DNA from: Candidatus Thorarchaeota archaeon
GTDB taxonomy: Archaea > Asgardarchaeota > Thorarchaeia > Thorarchaeales > Thorarchaeaceae
NCBI GenBank assembly: GCA_048882385.1
Contig: JBHLRQ010000007.1
Location: forward strand, 1 to 58,172
Direction: 5' to 3'
DNA length: 58,172 nt
The notes below the pieces were generated by a model that saw only the letters and a program-made list of their open reading frames with translations, did no database searches and was not told the DNA's origin. The position numbers were made by a program, and so were the translations under genes. Shown here piece by piece: positions 56,562 through 58,172 of this stretch (position 1 is its first letter; every line of letters starts with the position of its first letter).

Positions 56562-58172
56562 TCAAGATGAGAATTCTGAAACTCTAAGATCATTTCTTGA
56601 GGCAAAGAAGACATATGTTGGAATTGAAGCAAGGATGATTACAATTAACATCGCAGCAAAGACAGTTCCAATTGTTAATGGAAGGTAAGCAACTGAAGAA
56701 ACAGCAGCTTCTGGTATCAGTGCATATATGCTAAGGATTGTTGCAACAATTAGAGCTGGTATGCCTGCTCTCAGACCAACATCTAATCCTTCTGCGACCA
56801 TTACCTTGGCGATGAAGGAGGGCTTTGCACCAACTGAACGCATTATGACGTAATCTCTCAGCCTCCCAAAAACGGAAACTAGTAGGTAGTTCATTAGACT
56901 TAGAAATGCACTAATTAATGTAACAAAAGCCAAAGGACTCATGAGAGCCCAAATAGCAGAGATTGCCTCCAAGTTTCCTTCAAGTACATCTTGTTGACGA
57001 TAAAGATCAAATCCATAGCTTGCAGCCATCGAGTCTAGTTGTGTTATGATTGATTCATCATAATCCTCTAGCTGCACCAATGCCAGGTTTGTTCCAGTTA
57101 CCCCCCAGTATGTCTGGAGAAGCGATACATCCATGATTGCCATCATACCACCATTGAGAACATCAAATGCTTGTGCTTTAATCTCAAGAGAGAAACCTTG
57201 GACACCCAAGTTTTGAACAAGAGGGTCGACAAAAAAGTCACTTGCCATTTTACCTCCAATCCAGACCTGGTTAGTCCCATCTATTCTTCGGCCTTCATAA
57301 TACCAATCGGAGATTGTATCATCCCAATCAACACCAATCAAAGCAGCTGAAGATACTCTATCAAGACCTATCCGTTCATATTGCTGAAATTCTTCGTTCC
57401 ATATGATTGCAGGTTGCTCTTCAACCGCAGAATAAACTACAAGACGCGTTTCAACATTGACCACGCCTAATACACTTTCCATTTCTGTGACCAATGAATC
57501 ATTTATCATATCAGAGGCTTGTACATAATTGAATGAGTTATTTAGCGGTAAACCATATAGTGAGTATGCGTCATAGTATTGATTTAGCAGGTGCGGGTTT
57601 CCGATAGCTACAACGTTCTCGCCCATTGAACGAGTTACGTAGTCATTTGAGGTTGTGTGTATAACACCCCCACCAATCCAAATCAGTGACGCGATTGTGA
57701 AACTGAGAAATAGAGATAGGACTGTTCTTCGTGTGCCTTTCATTCTTCTGCCTGTTCCTTTTGTAGCAATTCTGAATGAGAGACCAAAACTATCCAGATA
57801 TCCTGCAACTCTTACTCTTGTTCCAACTTCCGGATTTAGGGCAAGCGATGGTGATTCTTGTACAGTGTCGTAAATAGGCTTCTGTGCTGAGAAATATCCT
57901 GCAAAAATCAGAACCGTTGCAAGAATTCCAATTTGCAGATATGGAAAAGATCCAGTTAATGTGATACCCGGCACAACGGAACTCAGCCAGATTAATCCCA
58001 ATAAATAGAGACCAGTACCAATTGATAGTCCAAGGAGGATACTTGCAAGTAGAAGTATTACAGATTGAGCCATGAAGAAATCAAAGATAGTATCTAGGAG
58101 AGTACCTATGGCTTTCATTAGTCCTATATCACGTCTACGAGTGACCATTTCAAGTGATACAGTTGTCGAAAC
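56562..58172 (-). CDS. FtsX-like ABC permease, 5'-truncated by the window edge
   Basis: Two FtsX motifs (RRRDIGLMKAIG; RDYVIMRSVGA). The frame stays open from 58148 to the window end (VSTTVSLE-MVTRRR). Confidence 0.85.
   Translation of the reverse strand, partial: VSTTVSLEMVTRRRDIGLMKAIGTLLDTIFDFFMAQSVILLLASILLGLSIGTGLYLLGLIWLSSVVPGITLTGSFPYLQIGILATVLIFAGYFSAQKPIYDTVQESPSLALNPEVGTRVRVAGYLDSFGLSFRIATKGTGRRMKGTRRTVLSLFLSFTIASLIWIGGGVIHTTSNDYVTRSMGENVVAIGNPHLLNQYYDAYSLYGLPLNNSFNYVQASDMINDSLVTEMESVLGVVNVETRLVVYSAVEEQPAIIWNEEFQQYERIGLDRVSSAALIGVDWDDTISDWYYEGRRIDGTNQVWIGGKMASDFFVDPLVQNLGVQGFSLEIKAQAFDVLNGGMMAIMDVSLLQTYWGVTGTNLALVQLEDYDESIITQLDSMAASYGFDLYRQQDVLEGNLEAISAIWALMSPLAFVTLISAFLSLMNYLLVSVFGRLRDYVIMRSVGAKPSFIAKVMVAEGLDVGLRAGIPALIVATILSIYALIPEAAVSSVAYLPLTIGTVFAAMLIVIILASIPTYVFFASRNDLRVSEFSS

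Noticed and set aside
1-58172. CRISPR arrays, rRNA, transposases/integrases and the many short antisense ORFs in the track
   Set aside because: No repeat-spacer pattern, rRNA motifs or recombinase/transposase ORFs were seen. The short ORFs are shadows of well-supported genes.

Overview
This is a 58 kb gene-dense archaeal chromosomal segment. The gene content points to an Asgard archaeon, probably Thorarchaeota-like (inference): several Rab/Arf/MglA-type small GTPases, a roadblock protein, longin-like and SNAP/PCI-like proteins, eS26, an EF-2 with an altered diphthamide loop, and a selenoprotein with a eukaryote-type SECIS. Housekeeping genes include tetraether synthase, IleRS, class I LysRS, EF-2, tRNA-Gln(CUG), the archaeal CoA pathway (PoK, PPS, KPR, CoaBC), RtcB, Tmk, XPF, Ino1, the CCA enzyme, an HDAC and TrmY. 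The ORF track misses four things. (1) selD is a selenoprotein with an in-frame UGA in HGUSCK, and its SECIS core AUGA is formed by the gene's own stop codon. (2) A 59-aa CdrS/aCcr1-like RHH regulator has a palindromic operator. (3) Three intergenic structured RNA candidates each have a TATA-like box upstream (about 15-115, 12771-12866, 35193-35385). (4) Long structured 5' leaders precede ileS, EF-2 and the Rab gene. I saw no CRISPR array, rRNA or clear mobile element. All family calls come from motif recognition by eye; no searches were run.
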